From: Chiloscyllium plagiosum
Lineage: Eukaryota
Assembly: GCF_004010195.1 (NCBI RefSeq)
Contig: NC_057719.1
Coordinates: 22,064,437 to 22,124,969 of the forward strand
Length of the DNA stretch: 60,533 nucleotides
Reading direction: 5' to 3'
The translations under genes were made by a program, and so were the position numbers. Position 1 is the first letter of the stretch, and every line of letters begins with the position of its first letter. A model generated the notes under the pieces. The model was not told the origin of the DNA. It worked only from the letters and a program-made list of their open reading frames with translations, and made no database searches. Positions 47,060 to 58,299 of this stretch are shown here, one piece after another.

Positions 47060-47715
47060 GATACATAAGGACTGTCTTGACTGTAGCATAGGAGGTTAAG
47101 AGGTAGCCATATAGAGGTTTTTAACATCATGAGGGGCATGGTTAAGGTGAATGGCAGGTGTCTTTTACCTAGGGTGGGGAGTTCAAAAAGAGGGGCCATA
47201 TTTTTAAGGTGAGAGGTAAAAGATTTCAAAAAGGCACGAGAGGCATAGAGAGTGGTTCGCATGTAGAATGGACTTCCAGAGGAAGCATTTGATGCATGGA
47301 CAGTTACAATGTTTTAAAGACACTTAGATAAGTACATGAGTAGGAAAGGTCTGGAGAGATATGGGCCAAGTGCAGGCAGGTGAGATTAATTTAGTTTGGG
47401 ATTATGGTTGGCATGGGCTGGTTGGACTGAATGGTGTGTTTCCATGCTCTCCGATCTATCACCTTTACCCCCACTTCCATCCACCTATTGCACTCTTAGC
47501 TACCTTCTCCCCAGCCCCAGCCCCACCCCCACCCCCCTCCCATTTATCTCTCCACCCCCGAGGCTCCCAGCCTCATTCCTGACTAAGGGCTCCGGCCTGA
47601 AACATCAATTCTCTGCTCCTCGGATGCTGCCTGACTTGCTGTGCTTTTCCAGCAGCACACTCTCTACTCTGATCTCCAGCATCTGCAGACCTTACTTTCT
47701 CCTGTATGACTCTAT
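47060..47715 (+). mobile_element. CR1 3' fragment whose terminal motif is split by a PLE insertion
   Basis: RLRGSHIEVFNIMRGM region. The end GTGTTTCCATGCT (~47449) resumes as GTATGACTCTAT (~47704). Confidence 0.85.
47450..47702 (+). mobile_element. PLE 3' tail (family A) with mutated hammerhead (47575-47610)
   Basis: Collinear with 746-986; ATTC-CTGACTA-A-GGGC-tccg-GCCT-GAAA-CATC-AAT. Confidence 0.9.
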
Positions 47716-48240
47716 AGCAATGCTGCAGTGTATAAAACAATTTTAAGCTGTGATCCTCATTCATGCAAAAGGACCTTGTGAGAGTGCTTTCATCACAAGA
47801 TCAAGAAATAACCCCTTCTGATTGGTTTGGTTACAAAGAGAATGAAGCTTTACAGTTTTGGAACATTTCCTTCTTCAGTGCTCCAGTTCTGAAGATGGAC
47901 AACCACAATGACAATTGCTTTCGACATAGACTAAACATCTTCGTCACTGGAACGATGAATGCATTACTTGTCTTTGTTGAGACTCGTTTTCAGTTTTTGA
48001 CACATGACTACCATCTTCCTCCCAATGCCTCTCTTCCAATGTCTAATTCAGTCAGATTACCTTTTCATGGTTGAACATTAAACATATCAATCATATCTAG
48101 ATTGCTTGCAGAAATAATTTCTATTCCTCCTCCATGTCATTATAGCTGGAGTCAATAAAGAACAATCCTTTGGGCCCTTTGTTTTCCCTAACTCCATGCT
48201 GAAATTAAGTGATTTTTGTTTAAAACAATATTATACCCTG

Positions 48241-48315
48241 ATGCCAGCCATTTTAAAAATCTCTGTATTGTCATACATCAAAATGCCAGCCATTTTAAAA
48301 ATCTCTGTATTGTCA
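48241..48315. repeat. Perfect 33-bp direct duplication with a 9-bp spacer
   Basis: ATGCCAGCCATTTTAAAAATCTCTGTATTGTCA at 48241-48273 and 48283-48315. Confidence 0.95.
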
Positions 48316-49049
48316 AAAATCTTACATAGAGCATGTACTATTATGATCCCATTATTGCTGGAGAAATCAGATCCCAGATTGAAACCTGGCTTGATAGATC
48401 ATTTTGTTTTTTTTTTAAATTGTGGTTTTTAACAAGTTGCTCTTTTATTAAAATGCAAAAACACAATGTTGTTGATTTGTTTTTTTTTAAATAGAATAAA
48501 CCAAACTATTTACAGGCAACACAATTTTAAAGATTTTGAACGTGTGACAAAATTGTTTGTGAATTTTGTAGTGGAATTTGACAAAGAAGGGCAGAAAATA
48601 AATCTCCTCCCTGGGTCAGGCTGGTTGGAAGGGAAGTTATATAATGAGATGAGAAACTGTGGGATGAAGCCTCTCACATCCTGACTCCCCATAATGAAGG
48701 GCAGGGTGAAAAAATGTTTTTGTGGGGATTTATATCATCTTCAGGTGAGCTCTCTGCACACCCCTCAGTGTGTTTCCTTAAACTGTATTTGTAAGACATG
48801 TACATGATGTAGCACAAGGTATCTCTGGCCAGAGCTGCACTGGTTTGAACCTTCTAACAATCTCTATTATGATTTCTAGGTTTGCTGCCTCACCATATAC
48901 CTCAACTGTTTACTTATCCGAGCTCTGTACGAAGGGTGGAAGAAAGATTTTTTTGCCCGATAGCAGTTGAAGCCACTAAGTCACTACTTTTAGGGACAAC
49001 ATAACCTCTGGTTTGGAGGGCATTAGCTATGAGGAGAGATTGGTTTGAT

Positions 49050-49560
49050 TTCACTTGAATGTCAAAGGTTGAGGGGAGACCTGACAGAAGTTTAAAGATT
49101 ATGAGATGCATGGATGGAATAGCTAGTTAGAGCCTGTTCCCAGGGTAGAAACCTGTTTCCTTCCTTTATTCATTCACTGGATGAGGGTGTCACTGACGAG
49201 ACAAGCATCTATTACCCATCCTGAATTGCCCAGAGGGCAGTTAAGAGCCGACCACATTGCTCTTGGTCTGCTGATCTCTGTGACCTCTTCAACCTCTACA
49301 ACCCCTTCAGGATTGTTTTGCTCCAATTTGTGTACATCCTCCAAAACTCCATTTGTCACCCATTGGGAACCATGCCTTCATCCACCTAGGCCCCATGACC
49401 TAGATTCCCACCTTGAGCAAGTCTGTGTCTCCACCTCATACTCCTTCACTCCATAAACTTGGCAAGGTTTTGATTACTCTTCCTAATATCTCCTTTGTGT
49501 CTGATTATAGCTCTGGGAAGCACAACTCCAGTAATAAATATGCTTTCTATAAGTTGGTCA
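49050..49560. mobile_element. Mosaic of small relics: CR1 (+, ~49050-49150), SINE/LINE tail (-, ~49168-49270), L2-like 3' end (+, ~49275-49560)
   Basis: RLRGDLTEV.KIMR at ~49067; CTGAATTGCCCAGAGGGCAGTTAAGAG; CTACAACCC..CATGCCTTCA..CCTAGGCCC..TAATATCTCCTT. Confidence 0.55.
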
Positions 49561-49743
49561 TTGCTGTTGAAACAGTGATGGTCTAGGTATTATTTGACAG
49601 AGAAAAAAATCTTATAAGAGTGCCTGAAAAACAACAATAGGAAGAAGATTGATTTTGCTAGCTGAATATTTTTACACCTGTTAAATTTCCAGTCATCACC
49701 AGTTTAATAAATCTATCGAGCCTTAAAAAGCAGCACACCCTTT

Positions 49744-50354
49744 TTTTGTTTACTTTCTTTCTTCCCCCACAGTGCTTATTCTCCCGCCCCCCCGGCACCC
49801 AATTTGTGTGTGTGTTGGTGTCGGACACAGTGAGGAACAACAAGTGTGTAAATCGTTATTTATATTCCACCAGCAGGAAGAAGGGTGGCCCATGACAAGC
49901 AGTGCCCTTCTCAAGAGAGGGCAATGCTGCATGATCAAACAGTGAAGGGAGGGCAGGGATTAAATCAAAATGGAGTTGGAGGGGGAAATAAAATACTCCA
50001 TTTTCTACAGTGCCCACCTCTCCCTGAAAAGCTCGCAGGTGTTGGTGGACACCACGTGCTCCCTCTCCAGGAACACCTGGGCTCTGATATAACCACGGAA
50101 GAGGGCCAGGCAATCGGCCCTAATGATTCCCTCCACAGCCCGCTGCCTGGACCTGTTTATGGCCAGTTTGGACTGGTCCAGGAGCAGACTCCTCCAACCT
50201 ACCCACACCCGTCCGCACTGAGTGCCCAAAGCTCAGGATAGCAGGACTGAAGTACAAACAAAAACAGAGGAGAAGGCTTTTAAGAAAATCAAAAAGGGAG
50301 TGCAAACGCCCACACCCTATATATATGGTCCACAGATCATTGAACAAGCAGTTG
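49744..50354 (-). mobile_element. Tx1/L1-clade LINE 3' fragment (ORF2 C-terminus plus 3'UTR) with 12-bp TSD
   Basis: Minus frames give ..DHIY/IGCGRLHSLFDFLKSLLL..FG and LLL..SKLAINRSRQRAVEG..DCLALFRGYIRAQV.LEREH....FRERWA, resembling the Tx1-type ORF2 end. A-rich tail; TSD AGCACACCCTTT at 49732-49743 and 50355-50366. Confidence 0.8.
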
Positions 50355-50369
50355 AGCACACCCTTTATA

Positions 50370-50575
50370 TTTGGTTGATCTTGAATCTGCCATCAAAGCT
50401 ATCCAAAACAGATTAACTGGTCATTATCACAGTGCTGTTGTGAGATCCCACTGTTATTTGAAACCTGCCAGCAATATTTGTCCTCAAAACTACAGGGACT
50501 TGATTTCAAAAGTAACTCTTTGGATCCAAGTGCTTTGAGATGCTGTTAGAAGTGCAACATAAGTGCAAGTTTTTT
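50370..50575 (+). mobile_element. DeuSINE-like/L2-type SINE 3' half
   Basis: AAAACAGATTAACTGGTCATTATCACAGTGCTGTT..TTCAAAAGTAA..GTGCTTTGAGATG..AAGTGCAAGTTTTTT. Confidence 0.6.
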
Positions 50576-50768
50576 TTCCTCTTTCTCACCTGCTGCCTGA
50601 ATGCCTTTTGTGCACGAATAAGCTGTGCAAGGAACATTTCATTAATCTCACCTGCCTTAAATTTGACCTGTTCTCTGTAAGGGTGAAAGCATGACGACTT
50701 TTCCTGTACCTAAGAAATAAACACCTCAAGTTTTAAATTCTACCTTGCTGAGCAGAGAAACTGAATTA

Positions 50769-51064
50769 GATTAGATTACTTATAGTGTGGAAACAGGCCT
50801 TTCGACCCAACAAGTCCACACTGACCCACTGAAGCGCAACCCACCCAGACCCATTCTCCTACACTTACCACAATGGGCAATTTAGCATGGCCAATTAACT
50901 TAACCTGCACATTTTTGGATTGTGGGAGGAAACCGGAGCACCAGGAGGAAACCCACGCTGACATGGGGAGAACGTGCAAACTCCGCACAGTCAGTCGCTT
51001 GAGGCAGGAATTGAACCCGGGTCTCTGGCACTGTGAGGCAGCAGTGCTAACCACTGTGCCGCCC
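50769..51064 (-). mobile_element. HE1-type V-SINE, young, with TSD
   Basis: Reverse complement of a 9566-type copy; (TTAGA)n tail; TSD TGAATTA at 50762-50768 and 51065-51071. Confidence 0.95.
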
Positions 51065-51767
51065 TGAATTAATAACACCTATTTTATTTCACCACTTCAA
51101 ATTCAACTGGGGAGCATGCCAAGATCTATATTGGGGAAAACTCCAAATACATGAAAGCTTATCATGTTTGATTTATTCAAAAACTTTCAGTCATAAATAG
51201 AGGTTTTCATTGATTGGCTGTCTATTTTCAAAGATTAACAAGGTGTAAGAGATACTTGAACTACTGGTCTGATTCATGTATTTAAACAATTAAGAGAAGC
51301 CTCAGTGTTCTTTAGAATGTTGATTACTTTCCTCTGTACTGAATAAATACATAATTACCCAATCTAGCAAATGGCCAATTTAAATTGTGCTCATTCTCCA
51401 TTAATTGTCCTTGACTATAACACTTTAAATTACAATGCTTTTGTTTGTATCCTTGTCTTTAGTCGGTTGAAGGCTGGAAATATTTATACTTTGGCTATGG
51501 GGACTACTTCAACATATTAACGTGCTATTCTACTTTGAAGCCTGCTTATGAATCATATAGAATTTTTGCATACTTTAACCATACTTACAAAGTATTTTTT
51601 AAATTCTCTTGAGCTGAGAAATAACCACACCAAGAAAGGTAAACATAAACATGCCAAGATGTAATTGGGGGAAATAATTCCAATGATCAATTTTTTTGAT
51701 ACTCTAACATTAAATGTATGTTAATACAGTCCTGGGATTCAAAATTGCCTCCAATTGGTTTTTGTAG

Positions 51768-51985
51768 AGACAAAACAAACTGCAGATGCCGGAATCCAAA
51801 GCAGAAAAGCAGGAGCCTGAAGAACACAGCAAGCCAGGCAGCATCAGGAAATGGAGAAGTCAATGTTTCAGGCATAAACCTTCTTTAGGGCTTATACCCA
51901 AGGATTATACCCAAAACATTGACTTCTCCATCTCCCAATGCCTCCTGGCTTGCTATGTTCTTCCAACCTCCTGCTTGTCTACTTC
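51768..51985 (-). mobile_element. Fold-back mini-PLE (family D) with ~78-bp imperfect inverted arms
   Basis: Arms ~51801-51878 and ~51905-51983; minus-strand tail TTCCGGCATCTGCAG; hammerhead remnants AGGGCTTATACCCAA / CCCAAAACATTGAC at the turn. Confidence 0.75.
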
Positions 51986-52517
51986 CCATTGGTTTGTGGC
52001 AATGTTCAGGATAAGATTATTACATAGAGTGAGGAAGACACATGGAAATATTATGGAAAGTCGAGAAGCAATTGAAAATAATCATCAACTTTCAATTTGA
52101 CAACAATTTTAAGAATTATTCTGGTTCAGTGGAAGAATGAAGGGAAAATAGCCACACAATTAACCCATTTGAAATTGTATTTGGTAATTATGTAGTTAAT
52201 TATTTTTAACAAAAATGATAAAACAGAGACTATTTTGTTGCATAGCACATTGGTGCCATAGCTGACTGTTTCTCTTACATATGGCAGTGAGTAAAAATAT
52301 TCATTTTTCCAATCTTGATGTCAGGTATTTGAAATAGTAAAGAACAAATGATTGCTTGACCATAAATATTAAATGACAATCTCACAGCAGAGGGTGAAAC
52401 TTGAATTCAATGAATAAGTCTATTACTAAAACCTAGTATAATTGTGACCACAAAAATATTGCCCCAAAAAGCTTCTGTGGGGAAGAAAAATCTGCTATCC
52501 TCATCCAGTATCACCCA

Positions 52518-52632
52518 CAGGTCTGGCAGCATCTGTGGAGAGAAAGCAGGAGGATCACTGGACCCAGAACAGTAATTCTGTTTCATCTCCACAGATGTAG
52601 CCAGATTTGCTGATTCTCTCCAGCTATTTCAG
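52518..52632 (+). mobile_element. Small decayed fold-back PLE (family B)
   Basis: TCTGGCAGCATCTGTGGAGAGAAAGCAG pairs with CTGTTTCATCTCCACAGATGTAGCCAGA. The loop GGATCACTGGACCC is a stem II relic of the 16172-16209 hammerhead. Confidence 0.65.
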
Positions 52633-52644
52633 TTATTGAGGGAC

Positions 52645-52950
52645 AAATAGCTCTGCTGGACAAGTCCTCCTTCGTAACATCTGGGGGTTTGTGTCAAAAT
52701 TGGAAGAGTTGTCCCACAAGTTGGTTAAGCAACAGCCTGCCATTTTCATTCACACGTAAGTATATGTTACAATGTCTCAAACACCACCATGGCCATCCTT
52801 CAGAATGTCCTGTTTCACGCAATGGCATACAAGTTAGAGTTATCATTGGAGAGTGCAACATTGACTTCAGACCCTATGAGGTCTTATGGCATTAGGCCAA
52901 CCATGGCCAAAGAAACCACGAGCTGACTACTGTTTTATGGATATCTTGCG
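52645..52950 (+). mobile_element. Decayed APE endonuclease N-terminus of a CR1/L2-group LINE
   Basis: Across frames: NIWG..KLEELSHKLVKQQP.., NIDFRPYEVLWH. Confidence 0.6.
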
Positions 52951-53178
52951 TTTAAGACAATTCACCATTACGGACTCCATGTGCTATGAATAAATCATGC
53001 TGCAGTTCTCCCTGGCAGTTAGTCTGCTGTGTTTCTACCACCTACACATGCACATAAGTCTGGTGATATTGCTTTAATATCTGCTCATGACTTGGAATGT
53101 GTTTTAAATAAAGTTAATCAATCTCTGATGAGCAATTAGATCATTATAATGACCATGACATGGTGAGAAGCAATAGCA

Positions 53179-53469
53179 GGGCGGCACAGTGGATAGCACT
53201 GCTGCCTCACAGCACCAGGGTCCCAGGTTTGATCCCCAGCCTTGGGTGACTGTCTGTGTGGAGTTTGCATATTCTCCCGTGTCTGTGTGGGTTTCCTCCC
53301 ACAGTCCAAAGATGTGCAGGTCAGGTGAATTGGCCGTGCTAAATTGCCCATAGTGTTAGGTGCATTAGTCAGAGGGAAATGGGTCTGGGTGGGTTACTTT
53401 TCAGAGGGTCAGTGTGGACTTGTTGGCCTGAAGGGCCTGTTTCCACAATGTAGGGAATCTAATCTAATC
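53179..53469 (+). mobile_element. HE1-type V-SINE
   Basis: GGGCGGCACAGTGGATAGCACTGCTGCCTCACAGC, V-core, (AATCT)n tail. Confidence 0.93.
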
Positions 53470-53490
53470 AGAAAACATCATGCTGATGAG

Positions 53491-53626
53491 TGGTGCTGGA
53501 AAAGCACAGTAGGTCAGGCAGCATCTGAGATTTTCCTCCTTGGATGCTGCCTGACCTGCTGTGCTTTTCTAACACCACTTTAATCTAGACTCTGATCTCC
53601 AGCATCTGCAGTCCTCACTTTTGCCT
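53491..53626 (+). mobile_element. Fold-back mini-PLE (family A) with degenerate 14-bp TSD
   Basis: GTGGTGCTGGAAAAGCACAGTAGGTCAGGCAGCATC inverts to GATGCTGCCTGACCTGCTGTGCTTTTCTAACACCAC. Flanks are ATCATGCTGATGAG (53477-53490) and ATTATACTGATGAG (53627-53640). Confidence 0.85.
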
Positions 53627-53759
53627 ATTATACTGATGAGGCCTATTGCACTTGAACAGTCAGCAAGCACGTTAATCTGCAGGTGAAACACATTGGCATG
53701 ATCTAATCTATTGACAAAGTGAAGAAGACAATAAAAATTAAATTCATGCTAAAGTGGTG

Positions 53760-53872
53760 GGGTTCTTGTGGAACGGGGGCAATGTCCCTATCTCTGAGCC
53801 AGGAGGCCTGGGTTTAGGTTCCACCTGCTACAGACGTGTGTCATTAGCAGATCTGATCAAGTTGATTAAAAT
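53760..53872 (+). mobile_element. Short tRNA-like SINE
   Basis: TGTCCCTATCTCTGAGCCAGGAGGCCTGGGTTTAGGTTCCACCTGCT..GTGTGTCAT..TCTGATCAAGTTGATTAAAAT. Matches the reverse complement of 6815-6925. Confidence 0.65.
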
Positions 53873-53891
53873 CAAATGATGATAAAATGCA

Positions 53892-55050
53892 TGAGACAAC
53901 CCTTAGCATCATTATTGTTGTACCAAAGGAGTGAGTGCCAGACCAATAACTAAGGGTAGGTCAAAGACACATTGTCAGAACATTTGCAGAATTCCTTAAG
54001 TTAAGTTGGGTTTCAACAGGCCTGTTAACAGAATTTCAAAAGTTTAAGCAATGTTTGGAGCAACAGTTCCTAGTTTTTGATGTGTTCCATGCAGGAAAAT
54101 AAGTCAAAGATTTGCTCCTGCTTTATAATTTTCTGTATTTGCACAGACCGTATCTTTACCCATTTTTCTATCATTTGAATCAGGGACTGAAATCAAAAAG
54201 GCAATGTTTTAAAAATCAAGGATTATGGAAAACATTTCTACACCTTTTTAAAAAGCAAGTTAATGGGGGACATTACGACAGTAGAGCTGGAATCAGGGTG
54301 TATGGAGATTAAAACTGGCAACAAGTAGAGAATTGGTCTGTGCACTGGTTAACTATTGTCAATGACAAAGACCTTCTGCTTGCCAACAAATATGTGCTTG
54401 GCTCCCAGGTTGTCAAATTGCTTGGGGTGTTAAAGCTTGGGTCAGAAGCAATTGGACCTCCAGAAAGAAAGGAGCTGTCCTTTCTCTGCAGTTAAAACAA
54501 ACACCTCAAGCATGAAAAAAGCCGATTCATTTCCTTCAACGTTGCTGTAAGCTGTGTCTTTTAAGCAATAAGACAGAAATTTTATAAGTGTGCATCAGTC
54601 GCCCTGTGGCTCCTTCAAGCAAGTGAAAATACCTGGAGAAGGAAGATCAAGGAGCAGTATGTCCTAATGAGCCAAAAGGATAATCCCAATGAATCCTGTG
54701 GACAGAGACCATTGAACTGCCTTGCCTGCCTTTCTCTGTACCCATAGCAATGATCATTTTCTAAGGTGTCTGTGTAGATGTGTCAGGGCAAGTTTTTTAA
54801 AAAGAAGTTGGAGTTTTAACTAGTAGAGTTACATGTTGATTATTCATAAGTTTTTAAATCTGTAAATAGAATTGTTACCAATAGTAATTCTTGTTAAGTT
54901 CAGAAACCTGGTCTGTGTTTTCTGTTACCCTTGACAAAAAAAAGTTAATTTGAAGAATGTTGCATAGTTTGATAAAATAAGTAGTTTTTGTGATGACTCC
55001 AGAAATAGTGAGACTTATTTTCCAGCATGCTAACCTAGTGAGGTATTAAC
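53892..55050 (+). mobile_element. Possible old solo LTR (~1.15 kb)
   Basis: TGAGACAACCC start and GAGGTATTAACA end give an LTR-like look only. No TSD found. Confidence 0.3.
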
Positions 55051-55240
55051 ACTTGAGATTAAAGGTCTACATAAAGTGAACAGGTCATATTTATCAGCTT
55101 GAGAGTTAAAATAACATCAAAAGGATTGACCTTAATAAAGAATCAGCTAAAGGTTGATCCATTCCTTAAGTAGTACTGCAGGGCTCATCCGCTTTGTCTG
55201 ATTTTCTTTTCTTTTCCTTTCTTTTCTTTTTCTTCTCTTT

Positions 55241-55551
55241 TTAGATTAGAGTGGATTACATTACAGTGTGGAAACAGGCCCTTCGGCCCAACAAGTCCAC
55301 ACCGACCCGCCGAAGCAAAACCCACCCGTACATTTACCCCTTACCTAACACTACGGGCAATTTAGTATGGCCAATTCACCTGGCCCAGTACATCTTTGGA
55401 CTGTGGGAGGAAACCGGAGCACCCGGAGGAAACCCATGCAGACACGGGGAGAACGTGCAAACTCCACACAGTCAGTCGCCTGAGGCGGGAATTGAACCCG
55501 GGTCTCTGGCGCTGTGAGGCAGCAGTGCTAACCACTGTGCCACCGTGCCGC
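55241..55551 (-). mobile_element. HE1-type V-SINE, young, adjacent to a (TTTTC)n tract at 55202-55241
   Basis: The head and core are nearly identical to the reverse complement of 9566-9770. Confidence 0.95.
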
Positions 55552-55589
55552 GTTTTCTCATCTATTTTATCTCACTTATCGCTTGGTGA

Positions 55590-56246
55590 TTGAGCTCAAT
55601 TGCGGTGATAGCATTGGTGACCTAGGAACACAAACTCAAGTAGGCCCAGCAGCTCGGACTCTTGGCAACAGTGCCAGAAGCAAATTTGCGTTCCCGGCAG
55701 CTTCTGTATCAACGAGGTGGTCCTAGTGCCAACTCATGGTTGCAGCTTCAAAAGCAAGCTTGGGTTCCCATCGGGCATCTGCTTCCAGCGCAGATTCATG
55801 GAGGCGGCGATGGAGGTGATTTTGGGTCTAGTACGAGACCAGGTGGCAGTAGCAAGGTGGGCCTGAAACTGACTCATGGTGGTGGCAGGGTTGGGTTTGG
55901 ATGGGTTCTGTACCCAGCAGCATCACTAGCGACTGTATTGGAGAGGTCCAGCAAGAACTCATAGTGAACGAGGGCATCGATGGAGGCAAGATAGCGCGGA
56001 AGGGTGGTGATTTTCATTTCAGCAGTGGTGGTGCAGCAAAGGAGTTTCTAATCTGGCCACCAGGCCCTTGGCCCATGATGGAGCACTTAACAAGAAAGAC
56101 TGCAAAGTTGGACACATCCTTTATTTCTTCATTTTTCTAAATGTTTTGGTTTATTTTTCTTTGTTTTAAGATTGTGCCAGAGAATGGCAACACAATACGA
56201 CAGTTTACACTGTATTTTGTAACAAGATATGTGACAATAAATAAAT
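55590..56246 (+). mobile_element. Unclassified GC-rich retroposon ending in GTGACAATAAATAAAT
   Basis: GC-rich body, T-rich segment and terminal TTTACACTGTA..ATGTGACAATAAA. Same architecture as 24203-24915. Confidence 0.55.
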
Positions 56247-56589
56247 TATATTAATCTTACCAAATCCAATCTGAGTTTTTCTGTGTTAGGAACATATAAA
56301 ACTCACTAATTTGGCGTGACTTAGCACTTGAGTGCAACTTACAATAAAACCAGAGGCAAGGATAAAAGATGTTCTGGTAGTCTTTGCTCACTTATTAACT
56401 TTTATACCATTTGATTCTAACCTACTACAAGAAAGAAACCTGCTTAATTGGTGTGTATCCAGATTAAGGTTTGAGATATTCGGACTATTTCAAAATTATG
56501 AAGCAGCTTGAGGTAATGTTAATAAAATACGTAAAAGCGGAACTAAATTCAAAGTTGAGTGCAATATTTAAGTAGTTCCTAAAAGCACA

Positions 56590-58285
56590 CTAAGGATGAC
56601 AGGACAGGATAGATGATGTGTACAGTTGCAGCATGTGGGAGCTCCTGAATACTAGTTTGGTGCAAGGTAAACACACCAGCAACAAATGTGTGAGGTTCGA
56701 GCAGCTTCGACACAGAATTTATGAGCTGGAGCCTGAACTACAGACACTGTGTTGCAGCAGGGAGGGAGAAAAATACCCAGATTCCTTGTCCTCGGATGCA
56801 GTCATAGGTCTTATGATTGGCTTGCTTGATTTAGTCACTACTGAGAGGCAAGCAAGTCTGACAACAAGTGAAGCAGGCAAAGGGACCAAGAGGAGAAAAT
56901 GAGGACTGCAGATGCTGGAGATCAGAGTCGAAGAGTGTGGCACTGAAAAGGCACAGCAGGTCAGGCAGCATCCGAGGAGCAGGAGAATCAATGTTTCAGG
57001 GAAGAACCCTTTGATAGGAATCAGGCAAGGGGACCAAGAGGACAAGAGCACAGAAGCCTCAGTGTTTGGATTGTACAGCAGGTCTGAGATTCTTTCGGCT
57101 TGTCTGAATAAAAGTGAGAACTGCACAGTGGATGAGCTAATAGTGCATGGCATGATGTCATAGGAATCCACTCAAGGTGGCGGTCTGAGTTGGACCGTAG
57201 TGTAAGTAGGAGATGGTAGACTGGAGGGCATTGACATTGTCCTCTGCAGCAAAGTGCTTGAGTCCAAGCAGTTGTGGTGACCCTACACCCCCTCCAATCC
57301 TGGATGCAGAATTCAGGACATCTGCTGAGGGCTGGAAAGGAACTTGTAGTGGAGCGCAGGGAGGGTCCAGTTGTTGCAGTCTATGTACATACTATATAGA
57401 CAAAACAAGGAAGGAGTTTCAGCATAAACAGTCTTAGAGCCTAGTTGCCAAATTAAGAAGCATAACTTCAAAGGTCATAAGTTCTGTATTATTACCTGAT
57501 CCAGAGGGAAATTAGCAGAGTACAAAACAGACAGAGATAAAGAAACAGCTCAATACTGGGAGAAGTAGATTTCATAGTCCAGTGGCACTAATACAGGGGA
57601 AAATGAGATTTATACTGTTGGGATGGTCTCCACCTGAACTATGCAACAATTGTTGTTTTTGCCAACTGCATAACTTGAGAAGTAGAGATGATTTTAAACT
57701 GAATAATGGAGGTAAGGGATCAAATTTGAAAAGATGGGGTTAATTAAAGAGAATAGTTGAGGTCTCAGAGAAAAATATTAATATAGGAAATGGTAAAACA
57801 GACCATGACAGGAAGCGATAGAGGGAATGAATGTAAAAGTCAGCCAACAAAAAGAATAAAACAAAGTATCTGTATCTGATTGCTCATAACATTCAAAATA
57901 AATGCACTGAGAATACAAATAGAAATTCCTTAGTATAGATTGTTAGCTATTACAAAGGTTGAGCTGCAGAACGACATGGAGTTACACTTCAGTCTTGGTG
58001 GGGGGGGGGGCGGTGTTTGTTTCAGGGCATTTAGGAATGACAGGAAAGTAGGAAAAGGTGGAGGGGGGTGCCTTTTATATTTATTAATACATAGTATTTG
58101 AACAATAGAAAGAGATGATCTAAGTTCAGGAAACCAAAATGTGGAGACAGTTTGGGTGAAAATGAGAAATGGTAAAGGCAAGAAGTCACTATGAGAATAG
58201 TGTACAGGTCCACTAACAGTAATCACATAGTACGGCTAAACAGAAAGGAAAATTTAATGAGAACTTGACAGAAAGACATGATGAT
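56590..58285 (+). mobile_element. Decayed 5' portion of a CR1 LINE: ORF1 (zinc-finger/coiled-coil plus esterase-like) and start of ORF2 endonuclease
   Basis: SCSMWE..NKCVRFEQLRHRIYELEPELQTL; VGD..RALT..; later LLAITK, GGGV.., DDLSSGNQNVETVWVKMRNGKGKK..VYR. Confidence 0.75.
56895..57021 (-). mobile_element. PLE 3' tail (family A) inserted in CR1 ORF1 with 21-bp TSD
   Basis: TSD CAGGCAA(A/G)GGGACCAAGAGGA at 56874-56894 and 57022-57042. It begins at a decayed hammerhead, ATTCCTATCAAAGGGTTCTTCCCTGAAACATTGAT. Confidence 0.9.
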
Positions 58286-58299
58286 AATTATGGCAGATG

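Noticed and set aside
47763..48074. 103-aa ATG-initiated ORF as a host gene
   Set aside because: No recognisable domain or splice context, and the length is compatible with chance.
53483..53640. CTGATGAG words at 53483 and 53633 as hammerhead cores
   Set aside because: They lie in the target duplication and lack a proper stem II followed by GAAA-NUH geometry.
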